A DNA stretch of 64,000 nt from Candidatus Parvarchaeota archaeon (GCA_017608045.1 JAFCGN010000002.1:24596-88595); one strand, 5' to 3'. Counted from the first letter of the stretch, positions 29,836 through 41,043 are shown. Notes: generated by a model not told the origin, from the letters alone. Numbers and translations: made by a program.

Positions 29836-30360
29836 TTAGAAAATAAGGGTTAAAAAAATTAAGAAAAGATTAATAAAAAAACCAATAACAGCGTATTTCT
29901 TTATATTAGGCTTCCATGCTTTAGCTATGATTGGGCCTGCAATAACATAAGGGAGTAATAATTCTCTTATGATAAAACGTGTTAAAATTGGTAAATTAAT
30001 AAAAGACAAGAAAGTAAAACCAGTTAATGAATAAATTAATACTTGTGTGCAATCATAAAAACTGTCAAAAACCCAAGCATAAGCGAGAAAACGCAATTCA
30101 TTAAATCCTAAGAATAAGGTAGTGAATAAAAGCGAGAATACTACTTCTTCTAATAATCCTAAGAACATTGCATTAACATTATACATTTGCTTTGTCTCAT
30201 AACTTATTATGAAACCAAAACCACCTGTTTTTAAAATACCAACATAATAAGCTAAGTGCCTAAGCCAATTAGGCAGCAATAATAGTATAAAAATAATTAA
30301 GAATTCTTTTTTATTAATTTTTTTAACTTTATTTAATGCCTTGCTTAAGTAATTCCTCAT
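29836..30360 (-). CDS. integral membrane protein; CPBP protease family is a weak possibility
   Basis: Multiple transmembrane helices and an EEVVF motif resembling CPBP motif 1, but the full signature is absent. Confidence 0.4.
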   Translation of the reverse strand: MRNYLSKALNKVKKINKKEFLIIFILLLLPNWLRHLAYYVGILKTGGFGFIISYETKQMYNVNAMFLGLLEEVVFSLLFTTLFLGFNELRFLAYAWVFDSFYDCTQVLIYSLTGFTFLSFINLPILTRFIIRELLLPYVIAGPIIAKAWKPNIKKYAVIGFFINLFLIFLTLIF

Positions 30361-30412
30361 TAATTATTAATTAATAAGAGAAAGATTTTTAAAATCATTC
30401 ATTTGTTTATAA

Positions 30413-30529
30413 ATGAGAATGAAAAGGAGTTCACGTCATTGGAAAATGAAGATAACAAAATATAGATGGAAAACTAAAAAGAAGAAAATGCGTGAAATGA
30501 AAAAAAGAAGATTAAGAAGAAAAGGATAA
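30413..30529 (+). CDS. very basic 38-aa peptide, possible ribosomal protein L41e
   Basis: MRMKRSSRHWKMKITKYRWKTKKKKMREMKKRRLRRKG resembles L41e in flavour (KWRKKRMRRLKRKRRK), but a chance ORF in A-rich DNA is possible. Confidence 0.25.
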   Translation: MRMKRSSRHWKMKITKYRWKTKKKKMREMKKRRLRRKG

Positions 30530-30533
30530 AAAT

Positions 30534-30776
30534 TTATTCTTTAAATACTTCATCTCCAGGTCTTACTTTGTCCACCACTTTCAATCCTATTTCATCGCCT
30601 TTTTTAGCAACCATTATTGGTTTTCTGTCAACTTGCATGGAGTCTATTGTTTGTTCAAAATCTGTTGTCGTGCCTTTAATATGGATTTTGTCTCCTATCT
30701 TTATTTCATCTACTATTTTAACTACTGCTACGCCAATCCCGGAGAAGTAGTGAGTTATTTCCCCAACTTTAACCAT
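30534..30776 (-). CDS. small beta-barrel protein (EF-Tu domain-2-like), hypothetical
   Basis: An 80-aa product with a G/V/K-rich beta-strand pattern (GDKIHIKGTTTD...GDEIGLKV). Confidence 0.4.
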   Translation of the reverse strand: MVKVGEITHYFSGIGVAVVKIVDEIKIGDKIHIKGTTTDFEQTIDSMQVDRKPIMVAKKGDEIGLKVVDKVRPGDEVFKE

Positions 30777-30889
30777 ATTATTTATTTAGATTTACTACAT
30801 TAAATTATTTTTGATTCAAATTTTAATAAGATTTTTGAAAAATTACCCCTCGAAAATTATTTAAGTATTATAAGTGAAGAATTTTTTAT

Positions 30890-30973
30890 GCAGGGGTGCC
30901 GGAGCGGTCAAACGGGATAGGCTAAGGACCTATTGGCTTAGTGCCTGCGCGAGTTCGAATCTCGTCCCCTGCA
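30890..30973 (+). tRNA. tRNA-Leu with genomically encoded anticodon AAG
   Basis: Class II tRNA: acceptor GCAGGGG/CCCCUGC, a 3-bp D-stem, anticodon stem AUAGG/CCUAU with loop CUAAGGA, a 15-nt variable arm, T-arm GCGAG-UUCGAAU-CUCGU and discriminator A73. Confidence 0.8.
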
Positions 30974-31385
30974 TTTCTTGGAAACCAAATATTATAAAAT
31001 TCAATTTTTTAGATTATTTTAGTGATTTTAATGATAAACATTAAAGATAATATGATTAAAATGAAAACAGGAGTGAATTGACTTTAGACCTTGCTTACTC
31101 CGCAGTTCTAATAACAACAGTATTAGCAGACTTAACAAGCATGTTAATTCTTTCAATGACAATTAAAATTCTTTTTTAACAATTTTCAAACAGTTAAATA
31201 TATAAATAAGATAAAGTTAGAATTTGATACCTTTAAAACACAATACCGGCTGTGTTTTGAGGAAGAAAGGGTTACACTAAATATATACATTTCTTTCCTG
31301 TGAGAAACACACTGTGTTATCTTAAAGGAACAATTATAATGAGATAATTAATGAAGAATCATTAATTATTGATGTTTTGGTGATA

Positions 31386-31415
31386 CTTGGATTAGAGTAA
31401 AAACGCTAATTCCTT
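31386..31415 (+). other. 16S rRNA 5' flanking processing-helix strand
   Basis: UACUUGGAUUAGAG...GCUAAUUCCUUCUCC is complementary to 32982..33016, downstream of the 16S. This is the classic archaeal bulge-helix-bulge processing stem. Confidence 0.6.
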
Positions 31416-31424
31416 CTCCCCATA

Positions 31425-32904
<1,480 letters not shown>

Positions 32905-32981
32905 TATGTGAAATCACTTGTGATGTGGGGTAGTATTTGTTGTTTATGCAACAGAAACTTCCCTTAAACACATGTGTGCAG

Positions 32982-33016
32982 GAGAAGAATTAGCCGGTAT
33001 GCTCTAATCCAAGCAC
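32982..33016 (+). other. 16S rRNA 3' flanking processing-helix strand
   Basis: GGAGAAGAAUUAGCCGGUAUGCUCUAAUCCAAGCA is complementary to 31386..31415. Confidence 0.6.
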
Positions 33017-33093
33017 CAAAAAACATCAAAAGTATTTTGAATAATAATTTATAACCAAAAGTATTTAAATTTAATAAGAATTTTTCTTTCATT

Positions 33094-34095
33094 ATGGATG
33101 ATGTTATTATTGTTAAAAATTTAACAAAAAAATTTGGAAATCTTATTGCAGTTAATAACATAAGTTTTAGTGTAAAAAAAGGAGAGATATTTGGGTTTTT
33201 AGGTCCTAATGGTGCAGGAAAAACAACAACAATAAATATTTTAAGCACTCTTTTAAAAAAAACGAGTGGAGAGGCGTTTATTAACGGTTTTGATGTAAGT
33301 AAGGAAAAAGATAGTGTAAGAAAGAATATAGGTATTGTTTTTCAAGAACCTGCATTAGATAATAGGCTTACAGGAAGAGAAAATCTTTATTTTCATGCAC
33401 GAATTTATGGATTAACTAAGGAAGAAAGCAAGAAAAAAATTGACGAGCTTCTTAAACTTGTTGAACTTGAAAATAAAGCAGACAAACTTGTAATGTATTA
33501 TAGTGGGGGAATGAAGAGGAGATTAGAGATTGCAAGAGGATTAATTCATGACCCAAAAGTTTTATTTTTAGATGAACCCACACTTGGTTTAGATGCGCAA
33601 ACAAGAAGACATATTTGGGATTATATAAAAAAATTAAATAAAGAGAAAAAAATTTCAATACTTCTCACAACACATTATATGGAAGAAGCTGATTTTCTTT
33701 GTGAAAGAGTAGCAATAATTGATCTTGGTAAGATCGTAGCTATTGGAAAAACTAAAAATTTGAAAGATAAGATTGGAGGGGATACTATTGATTTAACAGT
33801 AAGAGGTAAAAATGTTGTTAATTTTATTAAGGAAGTTAAAAAACTGAAGAAGGTTAAGAAAATAATTAAAAATGGGAAAGGAAAAATAAAGTTAATTGTA
33901 GGAAAAGGAGAGGAAATGCTTCCAAAAATTATGAAAATAGCTGATAAAAATAATTGTGATATTTTAAGTATTAATTTGAAAAAACCAAGTCTTGAAGATG
34001 TTTTTTTACATTATACAGGAAAGAACATAAGAGAAGAAAGTGTTGATTTAAAGAAAGAATTTATGAAGAGAAGAATGAAAATGAGGAGGCATTAA
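33094..34095 (+). CDS. ABC transporter ATP-binding protein (ABC-2 / DrrA-like)
   Basis: Walker A GPNGAGKTTT, signature YSGGMKRRLEIA, Walker B LLFLDEPT, H-loop; 333 aa. Confidence 0.85.
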   Translation: MDDVIIVKNLTKKFGNLIAVNNISFSVKKGEIFGFLGPNGAGKTTTINILSTLLKKTSGEAFINGFDVSKEKDSVRKNIGIVFQEPALDNRLTGRENLYFHARIYGLTKEESKKKIDELLKLVELENKADKLVMYYSGGMKRRLEIARGLIHDPKVLFLDEPTLGLDAQTRRHIWDYIKKLNKEKKISILLTTHYMEEADFLCERVAIIDLGKIVAIGKTKNLKDKIGGDTIDLTVRGKNVVNFIKEVKKLKKVKKIIKNGKGKIKLIVGKGEEMLPKIMKIADKNNCDILSINLKKPSLEDVFLHYTGKNIREESVDLKKEFMKRRMKMRRH

Positions 34096-34097
34096 AA

Positions 34098-34859
34098 ATG
34101 GAATTAAAAGTAATTTATGCTCTTTGGTTGAGAGAAATTAAGGTGTTTTTAAGAAGTAAATCAAGAATAATTGGTTCTTTGATTATGCCATTGCTTTTTC
34201 TTGTAGGTTTTGCAGGAGGTTTTAGAGGAACAAAAATTCAAGGAGTTCCTGAAGGTATTAATTATATTCAATTTTTAGTTCCAGGAATAATTGCATTTGG
34301 GTTAATGATGCGTTCTACAATGGGTGGTATAAGTGTTTTATGGGATAAAGAATTTGGTTTTTTAAAAGAAATAATGGTTGCACCAGTTAAGAGAACAAGT
34401 ATTGTTTTTGGAAGAATTGCTGGAAGTTCAACAGTTAGTATTTTTCAAGGAATGTTATTAGCAATTATTTCTGTTATTATTGGTTTTCATCTGCCAAATA
34501 TTTTAAATTTAATTTTTAGTTTAATTGTGATGATTTTAATTTCAATTATTTTTACAAGCTTGGGTTTAATAGTTGCTTCTTTAATGAAAGATTTTCAAGG
34601 ATTTAACTTAATAATGAATATCATTTTGATGCCTTTATTTTTTTTATCAGGAGCAATGTATCCAATTAGCAATCTTCCTAAAATAATTCAGTTTATTTCA
34701 TATCTTAATCCCTTAACTTTTGGAGTAAATGCTTTAAGAAATTTGCTTGTAGGCTTTGCTTCAATGAATTTAATTCTAAGTTTAATGGGTTTGTTTGTAT
34801 TCTCTTCTATTTTAACAATAATTGCTACAATTCTTTTTAACAAGAGTGAGAGTGTTTAA
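34098..34859 (+). CDS. ABC-2 family transporter permease
   Basis: Six predicted transmembrane helices; it lies immediately downstream of the ATPase. Confidence 0.75.
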   Translation: MELKVIYALWLREIKVFLRSKSRIIGSLIMPLLFLVGFAGGFRGTKIQGVPEGINYIQFLVPGIIAFGLMMRSTMGGISVLWDKEFGFLKEIMVAPVKRTSIVFGRIAGSSTVSIFQGMLLAIISVIIGFHLPNILNLIFSLIVMILISIIFTSLGLIVASLMKDFQGFNLIMNIILMPLFFLSGAMYPISNLPKIIQFISYLNPLTFGVNALRNLLVGFASMNLILSLMGLFVFSSILTIIATILFNKSESV

Positions 34860-34888
34860 AAAACTTTAAAAAGAGTGTTTTTTATTTT

Positions 34889-35776
34889 TTGAATATGGTA
34901 AAAAGTTTAATGGTTGATACAAGATTTTATTGTTTGCCCCCAAATGTAACTCCAACTTCTGATGTTTATAATTATTCTTACTTATCTAAAGAAAAACTTG
35001 AAAAATTGGAATTAAAAGGATTTTATCCCATAATTACTGTAAAAATTTTTTCAGGGCAAATGAATTATAGTCCTCTTGAAGACATTCTGGATTATTATGG
35101 TGACAGGGTTTATGGGATTGCTTATGAAATAACAGCAGATAAATTAGAAGATAGCACGAGATATCAATTAAAAAGTTTTATAAGAGCAGCATATAATAAA
35201 CAAAATCTTTCATCTCATGTGAATGTTCCAAACCGAAGTTTTCAAATACAATTCATAAGTAACAACCAAGAAAAATTAATTGATTATGAAAATGAGCTTG
35301 CATTTAACAAAAATTTAGAGAATGCAGTTGAGATTGCAAAGAAATTTAATAAAGACAAAGATTCTGTGCTCTCTGTTCTTTATCCAACAAATACTAATTG
35401 GAAAATAATGAAAGATTTAATTGATAATAGCAATAAACAAGTTTTAAGTGAAACAAGCAATGGTTTGCTCAAACTTATTGATTTTTTTGGAATGAAGGAG
35501 TTGAGTTCATTAGTTGCATTGAATACTGCAAATGCTTTAAGCAAAAGTAAATATAATATTGTTCCTGTTTTTAGCAGTTTAAGCAAACGTTTAGATTATT
35601 ATGCTGGAAACTTATATCTCCTAAATGAAGAAATAAAAAATAGAATTGAAAGCACAAAAGTATTGGAATTATTAGGATACAATGCTCCTCTCAAAACAAA
35701 AAGAAGAGTGAGTTGGAAGACAGTGCCTTCTCAAATAATTAGAACAGGGAGAGCGTGGAAAGATGGAAGATTTTGA
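34889..35776 (+). CDS. hypothetical protein
   Basis: A 295-aa ORF with no motif. Confidence 0.4.
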   Translation: MNMVKSLMVDTRFYCLPPNVTPTSDVYNYSYLSKEKLEKLELKGFYPIITVKIFSGQMNYSPLEDILDYYGDRVYGIAYEITADKLEDSTRYQLKSFIRAAYNKQNLSSHVNVPNRSFQIQFISNNQEKLIDYENELAFNKNLENAVEIAKKFNKDKDSVLSVLYPTNTNWKIMKDLIDNSNKQVLSETSNGLLKLIDFFGMKELSSLVALNTANALSKSKYNIVPVFSSLSKRLDYYAGNLYLLNEEIKNRIESTKVLELLGYNAPLKTKRRVSWKTVPSQIIRTGRAWKDGRF

Positions 35777-35821
35777 AAGAGTTAAGTTTAAATAATTCTT
35801 ATTGAATTAATTTTTATTTAA

Positions 35822-35893
35822 GGGCTTGTGGCGCAATGGCAGCGCGCCGCGTTTGCATCGCGGAGGCTGGGGGTTCAAATCCCCCCGAGTCCA
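35822..35893 (+). tRNA. tRNA-Ala (UGC)
   Basis: Acceptor GGGCUUG/CGAGUCC with the G3:U70 Ala identity pair, anticodon loop UUUGCAU, T-arm GGGGG-UUCAAAU-CCCCC. The overlapping ORFs 35814..36029 and 35836..36066 are spurious. Confidence 0.85.
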
Positions 35894-36129
35894 TTAATTC
35901 CAAGTATGGAAAACTTAATTTTTCGGAATTTAAAAGGGCGAAAAAACAAGAAAAAATCGAACTCCTAACGTTCATTTTTAATGAATTTAATTCTAATGAA
36001 CTAAAGATTGCTTGCAAAGTATTAAACAAAGTTTATTACGAGAAATACGCAAAAATTAACAATTAATTATTTATTAAACAAAGCTAAAAGAAAAAAACCT
36101 ATTAACATTAAATTAATATCATAAGAAAA

Positions 36130-38121
36130 TTAACACTCCATTATTTCATTTAGTCTCTTTAAATCAATTGATTTAATTATTCCTTTATCTGTTTTGCCTG
36201 CGTCATCATAAAAATCTTTAATAGGGAGTTCAATCGCGCCACCCACTTCATAATAATTTTCTTTAGCAAAACAATTAATCCAGTCTCTCACATAAAAAAC
36301 AAAATCATTATTACACTTTTTATAAATTCCACTAAGAATACCAACCCTCTTATTCACAGCATCAATGCCTAAAGTGAAACGCGCTAGAGGAGAACCTCTT
36401 TCATCATAAATACCTACAAAATTAATCTCATCAGTTGTTAAATACTTTTGAGAATAATTTCGTTGCCCTCCTTCTGTTAAATGAAAACAACTACTAATCT
36501 CTTCTAATAACCTTGCTTGACTTACTTTATCCTTACTATCTAATTTAATTGTAATTCTGCCCTGCTTTGTTTTAGGAGAATAATTAATAATTCTACTTAA
36601 CTTGTTTTTAGCATTCTCAAATGCTTCTAACTTCTCACCCAAAAAATTCTCTCTTTTAAAACCCTTCTTACGAAAAATAGTATTAAATCCTTTCTTAATT
36701 CTTTTAGCTTGTTCTTTCAAATAATCAATACTTCCTGAATTAATCTCAAAAGAATAATCAGGAATGATAACCTTAACACTTTCAACAGCAGAATTTAATA
36801 AAGATTCTAAACTATTAATTTCTCTTCTCACATTACTCTCATCAGGTTCTAAAAAATACTCTTTATTGAATGAATAAACATTTTTAGGATTGTAATTATC
36901 AGCAAGAATTTCTTCCAAAACACTTTTTAACTTTTCATTCTCAACACAATAATAATATCTTAAAGCCCTATAAGGATTATTAATTACTATTTTTTTGCCG
37001 TCTTTTTTATAATAATCGCATACTAAACCCGTCAAGTAATTAATCTTATCATTAGAAGGAATAACAATATTATCAGGCGATACTCCTTGTTTCCTTAATA
37101 AATTAACTAAATTAATTAATTTAGAAGCATTCTTTTTTGATAAATGGTTCTTTACTCTATCAGCATAATCCTGCGGTAACAAAGGCAAGTTAACAAAATC
37201 TTTATGTTTTAAAGCATAATTAAGAAATTTCTCACCAAACCTATTAATGAAGGGATGTGCTTGTTTATAAAAATCTTCAGGAGCTTCCTTCTTAACTAAT
37301 TTTTTTAACAAATCAACACTATCAAATTTGTAAGCATTTTCATAAAATGCTTTGTGCGCTCCTCTTTCAATAGCAAATTGTAATAAATCCTTGTAATCAC
37401 TAAGATTATTACTATTTATTTTACGCAAACACTTTAAAAACTTTGAAGGCACGCCCACTCTAATAACCTCCTTAACAAAAGAAAAATTATTCTCATTAAC
37501 ATTGCTCAAAAATTTTAAATAATCAGGATCAAAGTTCTCATCAACAATTTTCTCAGCTAAAGAAAGATTATTTTTATTAACATTGTCTAAATATTCAAAA
37601 TACTTAGGATTTAAATCATTCAAAACAATTTTTTCAGCCAAAGAAAGATTATAAGAATTAATACTGTCTAAATATTTTAAATACCAATAACCTAAATTAT
37701 TATTAATGATTTTTTCAGCCAAAGAAAGATTATTTTTATTAACATTACCTAAATACTCTAAATACCAAGGACCTAAATTATTATTAACAATTTTTTCAGC
37801 TAAAGAAAAATTAAAAGAATTAATACTGTCTAAATATTCTAAATACTTTAAATCCAAGTTCTTACTAATAATAATATCAGCCAAAGAAACAATTTTTTCA
37901 GTTAAAGAAAAATTATTTTTATTAACGTTGTCTAAATACTCTAAATAATTATCAACCTTGTTAATAGATAATCCAGAATTAAGGATTTTATCAAACACTT
38001 TTAAAGTTGCTTGCAAATTTTTACTAAAATTTTTAACACTATGATTATCTTCTTTACGTGTGAGGGTTTCAATTACTGAATCAATGCTTGGCAATTCAAA
38101 AATTAATTTTGATTTCATCAT
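36130..38121 (-). CDS. large repeat protein: seven tandem 25-aa repeats (consensus YLEYLDxVNKNNLSLAEKIx) plus a 400-aa C-terminal region of unknown function
   Basis: The protein-level periodicity is visible, and the DNA itself is a roughly 75-bp tandem array. Confidence 0.5.
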   Translation of the reverse strand: MMKSKLIFELPSIDSVIETLTRKEDNHSVKNFSKNLQATLKVFDKILNSGLSINKVDNYLEYLDNVNKNNFSLTEKIVSLADIIISKNLDLKYLEYLDSINSFNFSLAEKIVNNNLGPWYLEYLGNVNKNNLSLAEKIINNNLGYWYLKYLDSINSYNLSLAEKIVLNDLNPKYFEYLDNVNKNNLSLAEKIVDENFDPDYLKFLSNVNENNFSFVKEVIRVGVPSKFLKCLRKINSNNLSDYKDLLQFAIERGAHKAFYENAYKFDSVDLLKKLVKKEAPEDFYKQAHPFINRFGEKFLNYALKHKDFVNLPLLPQDYADRVKNHLSKKNASKLINLVNLLRKQGVSPDNIVIPSNDKINYLTGLVCDYYKKDGKKIVINNPYRALRYYYCVENEKLKSVLEEILADNYNPKNVYSFNKEYFLEPDESNVRREINSLESLLNSAVESVKVIIPDYSFEINSGSIDYLKEQAKRIKKGFNTIFRKKGFKRENFLGEKLEAFENAKNKLSRIINYSPKTKQGRITIKLDSKDKVSQARLLEEISSCFHLTEGGQRNYSQKYLTTDEINFVGIYDERGSPLARFTLGIDAVNKRVGILSGIYKKCNNDFVFYVRDWINCFAKENYYEVGGAIELPIKDFYDDAGKTDKGIIKSIDLKRLNEIMEC
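37470..37960. repeat. roughly 75-bp imperfect tandem repeat array, about 6.5 copies, coding
   Basis: Recurring units such as cagccaaagaaagattat...attaatactgtctaaatattttaaatacc on the plus strand. The boundaries are approximate. Confidence 0.6.
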
Positions 38122-38307
38122 ATTAAAAACTAAAACAAAAACAAAGTTTATAAAATTTATTACTAAAGAATAGCAAAAGTAATTAAAGATTTTTTATGTT
38201 TTTTTATTTTTAATTATTAAGAAATTTAGTGTTTGTTGAGTTCATTTATTACATATGTCTTGAGATTTGTAAAAAATAATTTAAAGCATGGAAGCTTAAT
38301 TTAAAGC

Positions 38308-39039
38308 ATGGGTTTGTTTTTTAACAAAAAGAAAAATGAAATAAGCGAGGCAAGTTTTCAGGGAGAGGAAGAAAAAAAGATAGAAGATAGATTCTATTTT
38401 AAGTTTAAAAAAGATTATGAAGAGTTAAAAAAGATTTTTTTTGAAATAAAAAGGGTTGAAGGCCAATTAAATTTGCCAATTCTTAAAAAAAATATGGATT
38501 TGCAAGCAGGAAAAGATATAAATCCTGATTTTAAAAAAAAGTATTTGAAAGAAACAGAAGAATTGCTTGAAGAAGTTTATAAAAAAATAGATAAAACACA
38601 TATTTTAAAAGATATAAAAAAATTTGTTAAAGAATTAAAAAAACTAAAAAAGGAAAGAAAAGAATTTTATAATAAAAATAATCTTGATGCAAAAAAAATA
38701 GAAAGATTTTATGATAGAAAGATAAAAAATTTGGAAAAAGTTAAAAAAACATGTGAGAAATTGACAAAAAAAATAAAAAATGTTACAAACAATAATTTTG
38801 TTAAAATTGTGGCAATTCTTAACATTGTTGCAAGAATGTTGTATATGACGAGTTTATCAATTTATCTTATGAAAGAGAGGGAACTTCAAATTAAAGAAGG
38901 CATTGCAATTATAGAAAACGAAAGTTTTTTTGCAAAAGAAGATATTGAAAGAATATCTGAATCAGAGGACAATCTTGAAGCACATGAACTTCAAGAAATT
39001 GTAAACATGAGTGATAGAGCAGTTAGTGCATGCACATAA
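38308..39039 (+). CDS. Lys/Glu-rich coiled-coil protein, hypothetical
   Basis: A 243-aa ORF that is highly charged with heptad-like periodicity. Confidence 0.4.
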   Translation: MGLFFNKKKNEISEASFQGEEEKKIEDRFYFKFKKDYEELKKIFFEIKRVEGQLNLPILKKNMDLQAGKDINPDFKKKYLKETEELLEEVYKKIDKTHILKDIKKFVKELKKLKKERKEFYNKNNLDAKKIERFYDRKIKNLEKVKKTCEKLTKKIKNVTNNNFVKIVAILNIVARMLYMTSLSIYLMKERELQIKEGIAIIENESFFAKEDIERISESEDNLEAHELQEIVNMSDRAVSACT

Positions 39040-39145
39040 TTTTGAAATATTTTTTTTTGAAATATTTTTTTATTTTCTTCAATATTTTTGGAAATTAAAA
39101 AACTTTCATAAAACTTTTTAATTAAGTACTTTAATTTTTTCATTT

Positions 39146-40312
39146 ATGAGTGATATTGACTATATAAGAAAGCAAATAAAGGAATTAGAAGAAGAAATTA
39201 AGAAAACTCAAAAGAATAAGGCAACGGAATTTCATATTGGAACTTTAAAGAGAAAAATCAGCAGACTGAAAGAAGAAATGCTTGAAAAAAGTGGAAAAAA
39301 AGAAGGAAAAGGGTATGTTGTAAAAAAACAGGGTGATGCTAAAAGTGGAAAAAAAGAAGGAAAAGGGTATGTTGTAAAAAAACAGGGTGATGCTACTGCT
39401 GTTCTTGTTGGGTTTCCGAGTGTTGGTAAAAGCACGTTAATGAATGCTCTTACAAATGCTGAATCAAAAGTAGGGGCTTATGATTTTACAACACTTGAAG
39501 CAATTCCAGGCATGATGGAATACAAAGATGCTAAGATTCAATTAATAGACCTTCCTGGGATTATTAATGAAGCTTCACTTGGAAGAGGAAAAGGCAGGCA
39601 GGTTCTTGGAGTAGTTCATAGTGCTGACCTTATAATCATTGTTCTTGATTGCAAAGGAATTAACAAACTTCCTTTAATACAAAAAGAATTATATGATTTT
39701 AATTTAAGGTTAGGCAGGAGTTCTCCAAGAATTACAATTAAGAAAAAAGATAGAGGAGGAATTAATATTGAAAGCGTTCCTTTAACCAAACTTTCAAAAA
39801 AAGAAATACTAAAACTTTTACATGAGCATAAAATACATAATGCAGATGTTTTGATTTATGAAGACGTGTCTTTTGAAGAATTAAATGACGTACTTGAAGG
39901 CAATAGGCATTATGTTCCATATTTAGTTGTAATTACAAAAAGTGATTTAACTAATGAAGAAGAAAAAAATGAAATTGAAAAATTCTTGAAAGATTTAAAT
40001 AAAGAAACAAAAGCAGTTTTTATTAGTGCCAAAACAGGTAAAAATATTGAAAAATTTAAACAAGCAATTTTTGATAAATTAGGTTTAATCCGCGTATACA
40101 CAAAACCTGTTGGCAAGAAAGTGAAAAAAACAGAACCAATCATATTAAGAAAAAATGCTACAATAAAAGATGTTTGTTTAAAAATTCACAAAGATTTTGT
40201 AAAGAAATTTAAACAAGCAAAAGTATGGGGAAAAAGCGTTAAGTTTGAAGGACAAAGAGTTGGAATTAATCACAAATTATTTGATGAAGATATTGTAGAG
40301 ATACTAATTTAG
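39146..40312 (+). CDS. developmentally regulated GTP-binding protein (DRG / Obg-like GTPase with a C-terminal TGS domain)
   Basis: G1 GFPSVGKST, G3 DLPG, G4 TKSD, and a C-terminal TGS-like beta-grasp domain. It contains a perfect 18-aa tandem duplication, KSGKKEGKGYVVKKQGDA x2. Confidence 0.8.
   Translation: MSDIDYIRKQIKELEEEIKKTQKNKATEFHIGTLKRKISRLKEEMLEKSGKKEGKGYVVKKQGDAKSGKKEGKGYVVKKQGDATAVLVGFPSVGKSTLMNALTNAESKVGAYDFTTLEAIPGMMEYKDAKIQLIDLPGIINEASLGRGKGRQVLGVVHSADLIIIVLDCKGINKLPLIQKELYDFNLRLGRSSPRITIKKKDRGGINIESVPLTKLSKKEILKLLHEHKIHNADVLIYEDVSFEELNDVLEGNRHYVPYLVVITKSDLTNEEEKNEIEKFLKDLNKETKAVFISAKTGKNIEKFKQAIFDKLGLIRVYTKPVGKKVKKTEPIILRKNATIKDVCLKIHKDFVKKFKQAKVWGKSVKFEGQRVGINHKLFDEDIVEILI
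39287..39394 (+). repeat. perfect 54-bp tandem duplication (2 copies), in frame within the DRG GTPase
   Basis: 39287..39340 and 39341..39394 are identical (aaaagtggaaaaaaagaaggaaaagggtatgttgtaaaaaaacagggtgatgct). Confidence 0.9.
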
Positions 40313-40421
40313 CAATATTTAGAATAAAAGTTCTCTCTTTTTTTTTGAAAAAATTTCAAAGAGTAAAAGATAATATTTACAGCATTTTATTATTAAATAA
40401 TAAACTATGAGGTGATATTTA

Positions 40422-40868
40422 ATGGGTAGGAATGAAATGAATGTTATTTCAAAAATTTTTGTAATTGAAGCAGAAATTATTGAGTTAATTAGTGATATGG
40501 AGGATTTAATAACAGAACGCATTGAAGAAGGTGTTTTTAATAAAGAAGATTTCAAAAGATTAAAAAATCTTTGTGAAGACATTAAAAAGAAAAATAAGAA
40601 CATTAAGAAAAAAATTAAGAAACTTGACAAAGATAGGGATAGAACATATTTATTAAACATGATTGAGGAAAGAGATAATATTCTTAGTGATACTATTAAT
40701 GCTGCAAAGAATAATTCATCTAAAGAAGTTTATGAAAATTTGATGAAACTGCCTGATTCAATGGATAAATTTGGTAAATATCTTGGAAGAATTATTCAAT
40801 CACTGCAAAATGAAATATTTTTAGAATTAAATAATAATTTAAAGAACTTTCTTAGAATTAAATACTGA
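40422..40868 (+). CDS. Lys-rich hypothetical protein, paralog 1
   Basis: IKKKIKKLDKDRDRTYLLNMIEERDNIL aligns with IKKLLKKIDKTYTRDRLLKIIDKRNEYL in the next gene. The overlapping minus ORF 40319..40660 is low-complexity and likely spurious. Confidence 0.4.
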   Translation: MGRNEMNVISKIFVIEAEIIELISDMEDLITERIEEGVFNKEDFKRLKNLCEDIKKKNKNIKKKIKKLDKDRDRTYLLNMIEERDNILSDTINAAKNNSSKEVYENLMKLPDSMDKFGKYLGRIIQSLQNEIFLELNNNLKNFLRIKY

Positions 40869-41043
40869 TTTAAAAAAATTTCATTCAGAAAGTGGAAATT
40901 TTGCAGGAAACAATAAAACGTTGAATAAGTAATCAAGAATTCCTAATTTTTTTTTAATTTTATTTTTAGTTAAATTAATAATATAGTTTTGGTAGTAACT
41001 TATATAAAAGATAAATTAGTATTTCATTAATGGTGAATTATTA

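Noticed and set aside
29836-30360. CPBP (CAAX) intramembrane protease assignment
   Set aside because: Only a partial motif 1 (EEVVF, without the Arg) is present. Motif 2 (FxxxH) and the His motifs are not evident, so it is kept as a generic membrane protein.
35814-36066. Two overlapping ORFs (35814..36029 minus, 35836..36066 plus)
   Set aside because: Both overlap the tRNA-Ala gene, so they are spurious.
37470-39394. Tandem repeats considered as a possible CRISPR array
   Set aside because: Both repeat regions are in frame within protein-coding genes: a 75-bp unit giving 25-aa protein repeats, and a 54-bp perfect duplication. No repeat-spacer alternation is present, and no cas genes occur in the window.
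40319-40660. 113-aa minus-strand ORF
   Set aside because: Low-complexity F/L/S-rich translation antisense to the Lys-rich paralog gene 40422..40868, which has a homolog next door.
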